Shown here: in pieces, positions 1-17,240 of the stretch
Layout: every line of letters starts with the position of its first letter
Position numbering within the stretch: the stretch's first letter is position 1
Assembly (NCBI RefSeq): GCF_036321535.1
Contig: NC_087451.1
Coordinates: forward strand, 42,222,001 to 42,286,000
DNA length: 64,000 bases
Direction of reading: 5' to 3'
Source: Camelus dromedarius
Lineage: Eukaryota
Position numbers and translations under genes: made by a program
The notes under the pieces: model-generated
What the model was told of the DNA's origin: nothing
Seen by the model: the letters and a program-made list of their open reading frames with translations, nothing else
Database searches by the model: none

Positions 1-345
1 CAGAACGAGAGAATTTCAGGTGGTGTTAACTAGCTCTAACAAGAATAAAATTAGATGATAGGATAGAGTGCCATGGTGATCAGGGAAGACTCTAAAAAGG
101 TGATACCAAGCTGATCCCTGAATGACAAGAAGAGCCAGACAGGTAAAGTGCCAGGCAAGGGCATTCAGGGCAGAAGAAATGGCAAGTGCAAAGGTGCTGA
201 GGTGAGAACAAGACTGACATGCTCAAGATGAAGGGGAATATAGTGGGAGTGATGGGGAGGGTGCAGGTAGGCAGAGGCTAGATCTGGTGGAACTTTGTAA
301 GTCAGAGTGGAGTTGGGAGATTATTATAAGTGCAATAAGAAGCCA
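1..345. mobile_element. Degenerate L2 LINE fragment
   Basis: Purine-rich sequence with the L2-typical GGCAAGTGCAAAGGTGCTGAGG motif; subfamily not determined. Confidence 0.5.
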
Positions 346-351
346 TTCAAG

Positions 352-490
352 GAGGAGGGTACAGCTCAAGTAGTAGAATGCATGCTTAGCACGCATGAGG
401 CATGCATGAGGTCTTGGGTTCAATCCCCAGTACCTCCTCTAAGAATAAACAAACAAACCTAATTTCCTCCCCCACCAAAAAAAAAAAAAA
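352..490 (+). mobile_element. tRNA-Ala(AGC)-derived SINE, camelid-type, with poly(A) tail and target-site duplication
   Basis: A-box-like TACAGCTCAAGTAG, anticodon-arm-like GCATGCTTAGCACGC, B-box GGTTCAATCCC and an A-tail. Flanked by AGCCATTCAAG (341-351) and AGCCATTCGAG (490-500). Confidence 0.85.
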
Positions 491-628
491 GCCATTCGAG
501 GCTGGAGCTTAGGTGGGGAAGGGACCCAAACCTTGCCTGGGGGAGCCTGGGTAGGGCTGATGGGGATGGGGCAGGGCAGGGCAGACCAGGGAGGTTTCTG
601 GTGGGAGGGTCACAGGGGCCAAGCTGAC

Positions 629-1777
<1,149 letters not shown>

Positions 1778-2027
1778 TCAGGCCACTGGCCCTCCTGGCC
1801 CTCTCCCAGTCCTGGCTCCTGTCAGAATGGCTCCCCACTTCTGGCCAGCCCAGTCTGGTTAAGGACCTCCCTTTGCCCGGGACTCCATCCCACTTGAGGG
1901 AGGTGGGGCAGGGCAACAGAGGGACCAACCGGGAACCTGGTCTGGGCAAGTGGAGAGGCCGAGTACCACAGACACCTGTCTCTTGCTGGCTCGGTTAGCC
2001 CAGACGCTGCTGGGCTCTGCTGAGAAG

Positions 2028-2046
2028 GAAATGGAAACTGAAAGTG
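2028..2046. promoter_or_regulatory. ISRE/IRF element at the DHX58 promoter
   Basis: GAAATGGAAACTGAAAGTG has three spaced GAAA cores and matches the ISRE consensus. It lies about 270 bp upstream of the DHX58 ATG, and DHX58 is an established interferon-stimulated gene. Confidence 0.85.
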
Positions 2047-2077
2047 AGGGGAGGAGCCAGCCTCGGAGATCAACCTA

Positions 2078-2087
2078 GGAATCTCCC
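2078..2087 (-). promoter_or_regulatory. Candidate NF-kB site
   Basis: GGGAGATTCC on the minus strand fits GGGRNWYYCC, about 30 bp upstream of the ISRE. Confidence 0.5.
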
Positions 2088-2555
2088 TTCCCTACCCCTC
2101 AGAAAAACATCACGAGCTTCAGAGACCGGGGTGGAGGGGCATTGGGGGTTGGGGAGGTGATGGAGGCAGTGTGGCAGACAGAAATGCTGCTGACAGCAAG
2201 GAACCCTTACTTTCTTTCTGGGTCCTGCTAGCCCCTCCCCCAGGAGTGGAATCTTCACCACCTCGTTTCCCCCTATCCTGCCCCTTTTGGAGTCAGCTGT
2301 AACCACGTCCAGCCAGGTGAAGGCAGCCAGGTGATTTCTATGCGTGCCACTCCTGGCGTCTGGATCAGGAGCAGCCAGCAGGGAAAAATAAGGGACTGCA
2401 GCCTGGCAGGCCCCATCACCCCAGGGGTGTGGGACAGGCATAAGGCTTGCTGGGAAGGGTGGCCCCAGCTTGCAGGCAGTATTAGGGGAACAGGGTCGGC
2501 CTATTAAGGCTGGGGATTCTACTGAAGAAATAATCACACAGAGAAAAAACAAAAC

Positions 2556-2561
2556 TTTATT
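2556..2561 (-). terminator. KAT2A polyadenylation signal AATAAA
   Basis: TTTATT on the plus strand, about 440 nt past the KAT2A stop and followed on the minus strand by a U/GU-rich tract (GTTTTGTTTTTTCTCTGTGTG). Confidence 0.85.
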
Positions 2562-2997
2562 GTTCCCTCCAAGGGATTAATGCCAGGAAATGAATGGTCC
2601 CCATGCCCCCCACCCCTGGGGGACAGACAGGGCAGTGCAGGGTGCAGCATGGCCCCTCCAGTCCAGGTTGAACTTCCAACCCCTGAGGCCCCCTCACTCG
2701 AGAAAATTGGCAATCCTGCCATTGCGGAAACAGTGACCTGGGCCAGGGCCAGGACTCCAGGACTCTACAGCTTGGAGGCGACCAGGGATAAGGGCCACCA
2801 ACCACTCTAGAGAGGCTGGGCCCCAGACCCAGGAGACCCCTCCCCAAGGGTGGGACACAGCTGCAGGCCTGGGGGAGCCCGAGGGCCCTTGGCTGGAGAG
2901 TCTCACGCAGAGGGGCACCTGGGCACAGGGGCAGCCCAGGAATCAGATGAGAACCCGAGAAGGAGACACTGCAGGTGGATGCCGAGGTCCAAAGCCA

Positions 2998-10019
<7,022 letters not shown>

Positions 10020-10084
10020 GGCTTCCCCCGCAGCGGAGCGCGGCTCGGCGCTCCCAGCCCTAGGGCCGCATGGGCAACCGGCGC

Positions 10085-10140
10085 TCAGTGCGCAGGCGTC
10101 GCTGCCCCGGAGCACGATGGGAGTTGTAGTCTTTCGCGGC
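10085..10140. promoter_or_regulatory. KAT2A CpG-island promoter: NRF1-like, ZNF143/THAP11 and E2F-like motifs
   Basis: TGCGCAGGCG at 10089-10098, ACTACAACTCCC on the minus strand at 10119-10130, and TTTCGCGG at 10132-10139, in a CpG-rich region directly upstream of exon 1. Confidence 0.7.
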
Positions 10141-11309
10141 CGCTCCTTTTGCCTCCAGCTTCCAGACTTTTCTGTCCTGTCTCTTGATCCGGGACAGCTA
10201 AGTGAGTCCCGAGCCAGCACCCCAGATTGACTCCTCACTTGTAAACTCTATCGAAGGCTCCCAGGATAGTCAAGATTGCTGCCTACTTGGGGCAAGGAGA
10301 AGCATCCCAGAAAACAATCTTCTGTTCGAGGAATCACCTCCCAAGCCGGAGGATGGAAATGCTTGTCTGGGGCCTGTAGTCAAGTTGGCTTCTTGCACAT
10401 CTCCCTCCTTCCCCACTTTGGCCCTATCCCACGTCTCCAGACACAGAAGTGCAGCTACAGTGGCGATTAAAAGGCAACAAGCAGCTCTATTTCTTGATTT
10501 GTGAAGTGGTTACACGGGTGTGTTTTGTGCACTTTTATGTACGTTATACTTTAACAAAAGGGGTTTATTATAAAAGTACTGAGCGCCAGAGTCATGGCCG
10601 TGGTCACGAAAAAGGCTACCGCGGTGGGAATGAGGTAGAGGCAGAGGAGGGTGCATGGGAAGGACTCTCCCCTTACCCCGTGGGCATCTATCAGGCAGGG
10701 CCCACATCCTTATCTCTGCAGTCCCAGAGCACAGCTCTGAGCCTGCCACATTAAGCCTGGGGCCAGGAAGGCGCGTCCACCTCCCAGTCCCAGTGTGCCG
10801 CAGGATTGGGCGTGGTCAGAGAACGGCAGGACCTTCCGAGAATGGATGACCCCGCAGTCATACTCTGATGGCTCTTTTCAGGGGGCAATCCTGTTTGCCC
10901 CCAGGCCTGATACTTGGAATATTGCCTCAATCTCATCTCCACTCTGTGCTGGTGACCGCTCCAGGGTCAGGCTTATGCACTGCCAGCCTCCTTTGGCTTA
11001 TCCGTTTGGGTCACAGCCCTGGGAGATGGGGAAAGGGCCCAAGAAAGGGGCAGGATCCGGGACAAAAGCAGCAGTGGGCACACCAGGGTGGCTGCTAACC
11101 CGTGGAGGTGGGACATGCGTGCATTGCTGACCACAAGCTCTGCAGAAGTGAACCTCGCGGGAAGCCAAGGGAGGCCCCTTAACAGAGCGGCGCCACGCGA
11201 GTGGGAGTAGAGCCGCGCGGAGCCTCGAGGGACTCCTCTCCGGGAGTCCTTGGTCGGAGCGCTACCTTCGGAGCCTCGCGCCCTTCAACAGCAGTTGCTG
11301 CTCACTCAG

Positions 11310-11792
11310 ATGCAGCGGGTCGGTAGCAGTCTCCCCAACGGGAGCCAGGTGGCATCTCGATGTCCCAGCGCAGCCTTCGCTGAACAGAACCATGTGGCCA
11401 CTCTACCGGTACAGCAGCTCACGGATGATGTGGCAGCTGTGCGGGACAACGTCCATGCGGAGGATGGTTTCCAGATGAAGGTGTATGCCCACGGCTTCAC
11501 CCCTGAGGAGCTGGTCGTTCAAGTGGACGGTGGATGCCTGATGGTGACCGGCCAGCGGCAGCTGGAGGGTTGCAGACCGGATGGGAGCAGCTTCCGCGTG
11601 GCGCAGAAGGTGCACCAGCAAATGCCGCTACCGCCAAACCTGGATCCCGCCGCCATGACCTGCTGCCTGACCCCCTCCGGCCAACTGTGCGTCCGTGGCC
11701 AGTGCCGGGAGCTGCCTTCCCCTGAAGCCCAAACAGGACCGGCCTCGAGACTGAGGAGCCGCGGCTCTAAGAAGGGTTCCAACCTAGCCTGA
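11310..11792 (+). CDS. HSPB9: Small heat shock protein beta-9 (alpha-crystallin domain), single exon, 160 aa
   Basis: Intronless ORF MQRVGSSLPNGSQVASRCPS...GFQMKVYAHGFTPEELVVQVDG...AMTCCLTPSGQLCVRGQC matches HSPB9. It lies head-to-head with KAT2A as in other mammals. Confidence 0.95.
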   Translation: MQRVGSSLPNGSQVASRCPSAAFAEQNHVATLPVQQLTDDVAAVRDNVHAEDGFQMKVYAHGFTPEELVVQVDGGCLMVTGQRQLEGCRPDGSSFRVAQKVHQQMPLPPNLDPAAMTCCLTPSGQLCVRGQCRELPSPEAQTGPASRLRSRGSKKGSNLA

Positions 11793-11795
11793 CCC

Positions 11796-11801
11796 AGTAA
11801 A
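11796..11801 (+). terminator. Variant poly(A) signal AGTAAA for HSPB9
   Basis: AGTAAA 3 nt after the stop, followed by a GU/U-rich tract (CTGTGTCCGTGGTCTTTTCTTGTGGTTGG). Confidence 0.55.
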
Positions 11802-12617
11802 CCACTACCGTAGTGAGCAGCAGTCTGTGTCCGTGGTCTTTTCTTGTGGTTGGGGGTCAGAGGTGGAGGTATAACAAAGGTAGTAGGAGGGCCCAGAGAG
11901 GCAGGAAAGGCACCTCAAGATGATGATCCACCAAGAATCAGGCCCGGTGGCCCCCGAGGAAGCTGGGGGTAGGTGGGCGGTACTGTTTTACCCGGCTCAG
12001 CTGCCTGGACCAACAGCTCCAGCAGAGGGCAACAGAGGGCCAGAAGGGCCCAAGCCTCATTTGACTTCAGGTCAGCAGAGGGCCCCGGAGAGATCAGGGA
12101 CCAGTTGGCTTGGACCTGGTATGGGGCTGTTGTCTCTGCCTTATTACCAGTCCAAAGTTCCAGAAGTCATCTGTGTTCCTTCCTCTTGAGGGAAGAGGAT
12201 GAGAGGACCCAGTCCATCACCAGTCTAGTACAGGCTAATCAAAAAACCCCAGAGAGATGGTTTCTAGTGTTCAGAGACCAACTCTTTTCAAATACAGACT
12301 GCACATCACCCCAATATAATCTGGACAGGGTAGGGGAGAGGCAAATGCAGGCCCCTCAACTTCAGACTTGGTAAGATTCACCCCCAGGTCACTCTTACCC
12401 CACACCACCCCATTACAGCCTGTAACAATAAAGGCCTCTTTCTCTTGGTTACCATAATCACCAAATATCCTCTCTAGGGAGAGGAGGAAGAAAACTTCTC
12501 TTTAACAAGATTTAGTGGTTCATTTTAAATTAACTTCAAGTAAGCTAGAGAGGATATGGTCTGATAAACTCTGCCAGAGAAAGACAAGACAAGCAGGAGG
12601 TCGATCGATCGGCTGAC

Positions 12618-12623
12618 TATATT
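12618..12623 (-). terminator. Variant poly(A) signal AATATA for RAB5C
   Basis: I saw no AATAAA in this part of the 3'UTR. AATATA follows a U-rich upstream element (TTTTTCTGTATTTTGTATTGTATGTTTT on the minus strand). Confidence 0.5.
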
Positions 12624-13406
12624 GACAAGATACTGATTGGTTACATGTTGAAGAAAACATACAATACAAAATACAGAAAAAGTTGGTTCCACACCCTCCC
12701 ACTCCCACCCTTACCCACCCACTCCCAAATACTCATCATCGTGATTTGGTCAGAACAGGGCTCAGAGCCAGAGGTCAGGGTGACCAAGGACGAGGGGGAA
12801 GGGGGCTGTGGGCAATGGGTTCGTGGCTGTCACAATAATGCTGTGGCAATGCTGTGGGTTCTCTCCCAGCTGTGAGTCAGGGGGCGAGGGGGGGCGCTGC
12901 AGCCTGATGGTGGCCAGCTGAGGGAAAAGCTGCCTCTCCCTTCCCGAGCCCCTGTGGCTTGCCCCAACACCCAGAACCAAGCACACTCCAAACACAGTAA
13001 GGATATGGATGCTCTTGCTGAGCCCGCTGCTCAGCAAGAGGGAAAGAAGGGCAACTGCTCCAACTCCCACCTCCCCATACACAGGGCGGGGGGAACAGGG
13101 GCACGTGGCTACCTACTGGCAGAGGAAGAGTGGGAGAGCAGTAGAAAGGGCAGGAAGTGGGAAGAGCAGATCATATATATTAAAAAAGTGACTTAAGACT
13201 TAAAATTGAATTAGTATTTGTACAGAAAGGTGCAGGTGGAATAACTCACTCCGGCCTATGATCAAAATGATATGGAGAAATCATGGTGGACCCCTCCCCC
13301 TGCCCCCCAAGTGGTGGCCCGAGTCGTTAAGTGCGATTGGTTAGAGTGGATTCCAGTCGGGTCGTTGAGGCGGAGGAGGTGGGGGCAGTGGGCAGGCAAG
13401 GGGGGC

Positions 13407-16400
13407 TCAGTTGCTGCAGCACTGGCTCCGGCTGGCTGGGTTGTTCTCCTGGAGGTCCACGCCTCGGTTCCGGCCCGGAGCACCAGCTGCATTCTGGGGC
13501 TCGTTCTTGGGAAGCTTCTTAGCTGTTTGGGAGGGGAGAGGGAAGGTGTGTGTTTGTGGGAGTACCCCAATACTATTCCAAGTCCACGGGGGTACCACCC
13601 TATCAGTGATAACTAACACACTGACGGCTTTGCTTCTATGTGCCAGGTGCATTCTGGGTCTTTCAGGAAGCTAAGGCAAAGAGGGGTTAAATAACTTGCC
13701 CGAGACCACAGAGTTAATAAGTGGTAGAGCAAGGATTCAAACCCACACAGGATGACTCTAGAGCCAAATGAGCTAAAAAAAAAAAATCTTAAGAAGTGGT
13801 TTGGGGGGATGGTGATATATGTAGAGTTTTATGTGGGCGGTACACTAAAGGGTCAGGAAGTGAAATGGTGAGGCTTTGGCCCAGGCTTTAGAAACTTCTG
13901 GAGTGCACTACTTACTTATTTACTTATTACTTTATTTTTTAATGGAGGTAACAGGGATTGAACCCAGGACCTTTTGCATGCTAAGCATGAGCTCTACCAC
14001 TGAGCCATACCCTCCCCACTACCCGCTGGGAGTGAACTATTTATATCTGAGAGCCCAGTGAAAACGATTTTATCAAAATATCAAAAATGGTAAAAGATCC
14101 GTTGGTGAAAGGACCCCACAGATCTACTGCAGAACAGGAAGCAAGTAATATGCCCTGGGTGGGGGAGGGGAGGAGAGGCAACTTACCTATTGCCATGAAA
14201 ATTTCATTCACGTTCATTGCAGTCTTTGCTGATGTCTCCATGAACAGCAAACTGTTGTCCTCTGCATAGGCTTGTGCTTCCTGATTTGGATGGAGGTGAG
14301 AAAGTAGGTGGGAGGGAAACGCTGACAGTTGGCAGGGGCCGGGGCCCAGGATAAAAATCTTCCCTGATCACAGTGCCTTCTACACAATAGACACAATGCA
14401 GGGGTTTTCAGGCCTAGGGCTCTCCTGCTCTGGGTTCCCCACTTCACATACAGCACCTCTCAGCTCACACGCAACAGCAGACATTTTACTCAGGTCTCCC
14501 TAGGCCCATTCTGCCTTCCTGCTCTTCAAAATCACCAGGCTAGGAAATATTGCTAGAAAGTTATCCTACACTCTTGTACATTTGGGCAAAAGTATGTAGA
14601 TGCTGACCACAGCACTGTTTCCAGTCTTTTGCTATTACACACAACCTAAATGTCCATCAGGTAGGGACTGGTAAAAAATAAACATACAGCATATAAAGAA
14701 AGGGATTCACACACATGTGCATATTTCCAGAAAGATCAGAAACTGTGAGGAACCTGGGGGAGGGAGATTGTTTCTAGGGTTAGAGACCCAAATTTCATCC
14801 TATATATCTTCTTGTACTGTTTACAATTTCCTATGCGCACGTATTACATGAAAAAAAGTCTGGCTTTCCACTAAGTTTCATTAAGAAGTCCTTTTACAGA
14901 AAAAATAAGTGGAAGCTTCTGCCATCCATATGCACATACCCCACCACCACTGATGTGGTGGCAGCCAACAATCCCTCTAGGTCCAGGCTTGAGCCCTGAG
15001 GGGACAGCAGATAAAAGCTCCCTGCTACTGCCCAGTGTAGCCCTTTGCAAAGCTCGAAACGCCTGGGGAAGCTGGGGAAGCTGGGTGGAGCTGGTCCATC
15101 CTCCCCCAAGTCCGGTCCGTCCCCCACCTGGAACTCCACGGCTCTCTTGCTGGCCAGGTCCGCCTTGTTGCCCGCGAGTGCGATGACAATGTTGGGGCTG
15201 GCCTGCCTCTGTAACTCCTTCACCCAGTTCTTGGCCCGTGCAAACGTATCCTGGGGAGACAGGGCCAGAGAATCAGTAACAAGGAGTGTGCATTCTGCCC
15301 AGGGCCACTCACTAGAGAAGCTGGAGCTGGCAGAGCCAAGGTGTCTAAGATGTCACCAGCCTAGAGATTCTGGTGAGATACCCCCAAACACCAGAGGAAA
15401 TGCACCCACACCCCATTTCAGGAACANNNNNNNNNNNNNNNNNNNNNNNNNNNNNNNNNNNNNNNNNNNNNNNNNNNNNNNNNNNNNNNNNNNNNNNNNN
15501 NNNNNNNNNNNNNNNNNNNNNNNNNNNNNNNNNNNNNNNNNNNNNNNNNNNNNNNNNNNNNNNNNNNNNNNNNNNNNNNNNNNNNNNNNNTCTGTGTGAG
15601 GAAGGCCGCTGTAGGAGGGAAGGCAGTGTTACCAGGTGAGAAGGAGCACGAGAAGCCATGGATCTGCATGGTGGCATCCAGCCTCTGGTGCTTAGGAGCC
15701 TTCTGCTGAGATGGGCACCAAAAGCCCCCAACCTGGCGCCCACCACTTAGCCCGGCAGGCAGAGCTTGTGCTTTAGTGTATGCACGCAGGCGGGCTGGGG
15801 GCTGCACAGGCTTTCCAGACCCACACCAGGCAAGAGCAGGAGAAGGGAAGCCTGCTTGTCCTCAAGCCATTCCGGGAGCGCTCTCTGAAGAGGGCAGCAG
15901 CAAGGAGCAGGAGAGGGACAGTCCAGGGGAAACCTGACTCCCAGCACAAAAGGGTGGGCTCACACTCCTCCTCCTCCCTCCCCTCAGAGACCAGTCCCGC
16001 GGGAACCTCGCTAGTCCCTCTGTTTGCTCCAGCCCAGGGGTGTCGCTGGCCCTTGGTTTCCCGAGGACACTGTCACTAAGCTAAGCTGGGTAAGCCTGAA
16101 AGTACACGCTGTGCTGTGCCAGGCAGAGGCTGGGTGCCCGGCTCCCCACCGCCCGTGTCACCTCCAGGCACGCTGGCTAGCCACCACCCTTTGACCTCCA
16201 CCCATTCTTGATCAGCTTGACCTCCAGGGAACACAGGGACCCTATCTTTGGCCTGAGGCAGGAGAACACACAGCATTTGTGCACGTGCTTGAGAGGAGGA
16301 GTCTCGGAGCTGGGACTGGCAGGTGGGAGTCCCGGCAGAGGATCCCGGGCAGCTCTGTGTAGGAAGCCGCTGTCCTTGTCCGCCCTCCCCCCACGTCCCC

Positions 16401-17240
16401 CACCTCACTTCCCCCTCTCCAGCTCCCAACTCGAGTGCTGAGGAGGCAGCAGAAGACTGCTGACACGGCCTGTTTTGTCTCCAGCTGCCTGGAAACCTCC
16501 TACCAACCCATAGGGTAGAGAAAGGATGACTCAAGCCCAAGGTCGGTCCCAGCCCCTCAGGGGTTTGTACTGGCCACTGAGGCAGGAGGCTGAGTCCAGA
16601 CCCTGACATCCTAAATGCTGAGCACTGGGAAATCAGGCACAGGCTCTGAGCTCCAGAGAGGGTAAAGGTCAGCTTCAGAAACACCAGCCCACTCATGAGG
16701 CCATTTCCCCATTCTGGAAAGTGGGGGAGGCTGGGGCAAATGTGCTGCCTGGTAGTGGTGAGAAGAACCCTCAGAGATCCAGACCTAGTCTCTTCCTCCC
16801 CAGCTAGTGGAAGGGCCTTACCCAGAGCCCCACAAATACATAATAAGGTGGAACCAGAAGAGGAAGGCAGTTTGACTCCCAGCTAATTCTTACTAGATGC
16901 TTGTTGGGACTGTGGCACAGAGACCAGCTGTTCATTCGATTCTAGGGCCCAGATAAGGCAAGTGCTGCCACCCAGGGCTGTTTAGTCTCTGGGCAGTCAG
17001 CTTCCCTTGTCCTCAATGCCAAGGCATTTCTTCAGCCTCCCTGAGGCCGCCTCTGCTCCCTCGGACCCACTCACCTCCAATTGTGCTCTCCTGGTACTCG
17101 TGGAACTGTCCCTTGACAAAGCGGAGGACAAGGCTGGATTTGCCCACCGCAGACTCCCCCAGCAGGACCAGCTTAAACTGACAGATCTTGTTCCCAGCAG
17201 CTGGTCCATTGGGTCGCGCTGCACCTCCCCGACCCGCCAT
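13407..17240 (-). CDS. RAB5C: Ras-related protein Rab-5C, 216 aa expected
   Basis: Coding exons 17075-17240 (MAGRGG...[10 protein letters not shown]-loop), 15608 down into the N-gap (only AAFLTQ visible; a 152-nt exon would end at 15457), 15128-15250 (NKAD), 14187-14280 (ETSAK) and 13407-13522 (ends SQCCSN*, prenylation motif). Confidence 0.96.
13660..13770 (-). mobile_element. MIR SINE in the last RAB5C intron
   Basis: GAGGGGTTAAATAACTTGCCCGAGACCACAGAGTTAATAAGTGGTAGAGCAAGGATTCAAACCC is a MIR core. Confidence 0.75.
13911..14017 (-). mobile_element. tRNA-Ala(AGC)-derived SINE, camelid-type
   Basis: Reverse complement reads GGGGAGGGTATGGCTCAGTGGTAGAGCTCATGCTTAGCATGCAAAAGGTCCTGGGTTCAATCCCTG...(TAAA/TAAG)n tail. 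Same family as 352-490. Confidence 0.85.
14575..14860 (+). mobile_element. Degenerate old L1 (L1M) 3' fragment
   Basis: ACAACCTAAATGTCCATCAGGTAGGGACTGGT and neighbouring sequence resemble the L1M ORF2 end and 3'UTR. Confidence 0.55.
15427..15590. other. Assembly gap (164 N) covering most of RAB5C coding exon 2
   Basis: Run of N. Confidence 1.

Noticed and set aside
352-440. tRNA-like sequence as a genuine tRNA-Ala gene (also 13940-14017)
   Set aside because: The acceptor stem does not pair, and there is an A-rich tail and TSD, so these are SINEs.
10020-10238. In-frame GTG-initiated N-terminal extension of KAT2A
   Set aside because: It extends through the promoter motifs, so it is probably upstream of the TSS.
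10495-10580. AT-rich island with TATAAAA and AATAAA-like motifs between KAT2A and HSPB9
   Set aside because: It resembles the extreme 3' end of an ancient L1 (GTGCACTTTTATGTACGTTATACTTTAACAAAA), so it is not evidence of a promoter or terminator.
11250-11309. TTG-initiated 20-aa extension of HSPB9
   Set aside because: The ATG at 11310 matches the known N-terminus (MQRVG), and nothing supports near-cognate initiation.
13205-13230. UGUACAAAUA in the RAB5C 3'UTR as a Pumilio element
   Set aside because: It does not fit the canonical UGUAHAUA spacing.
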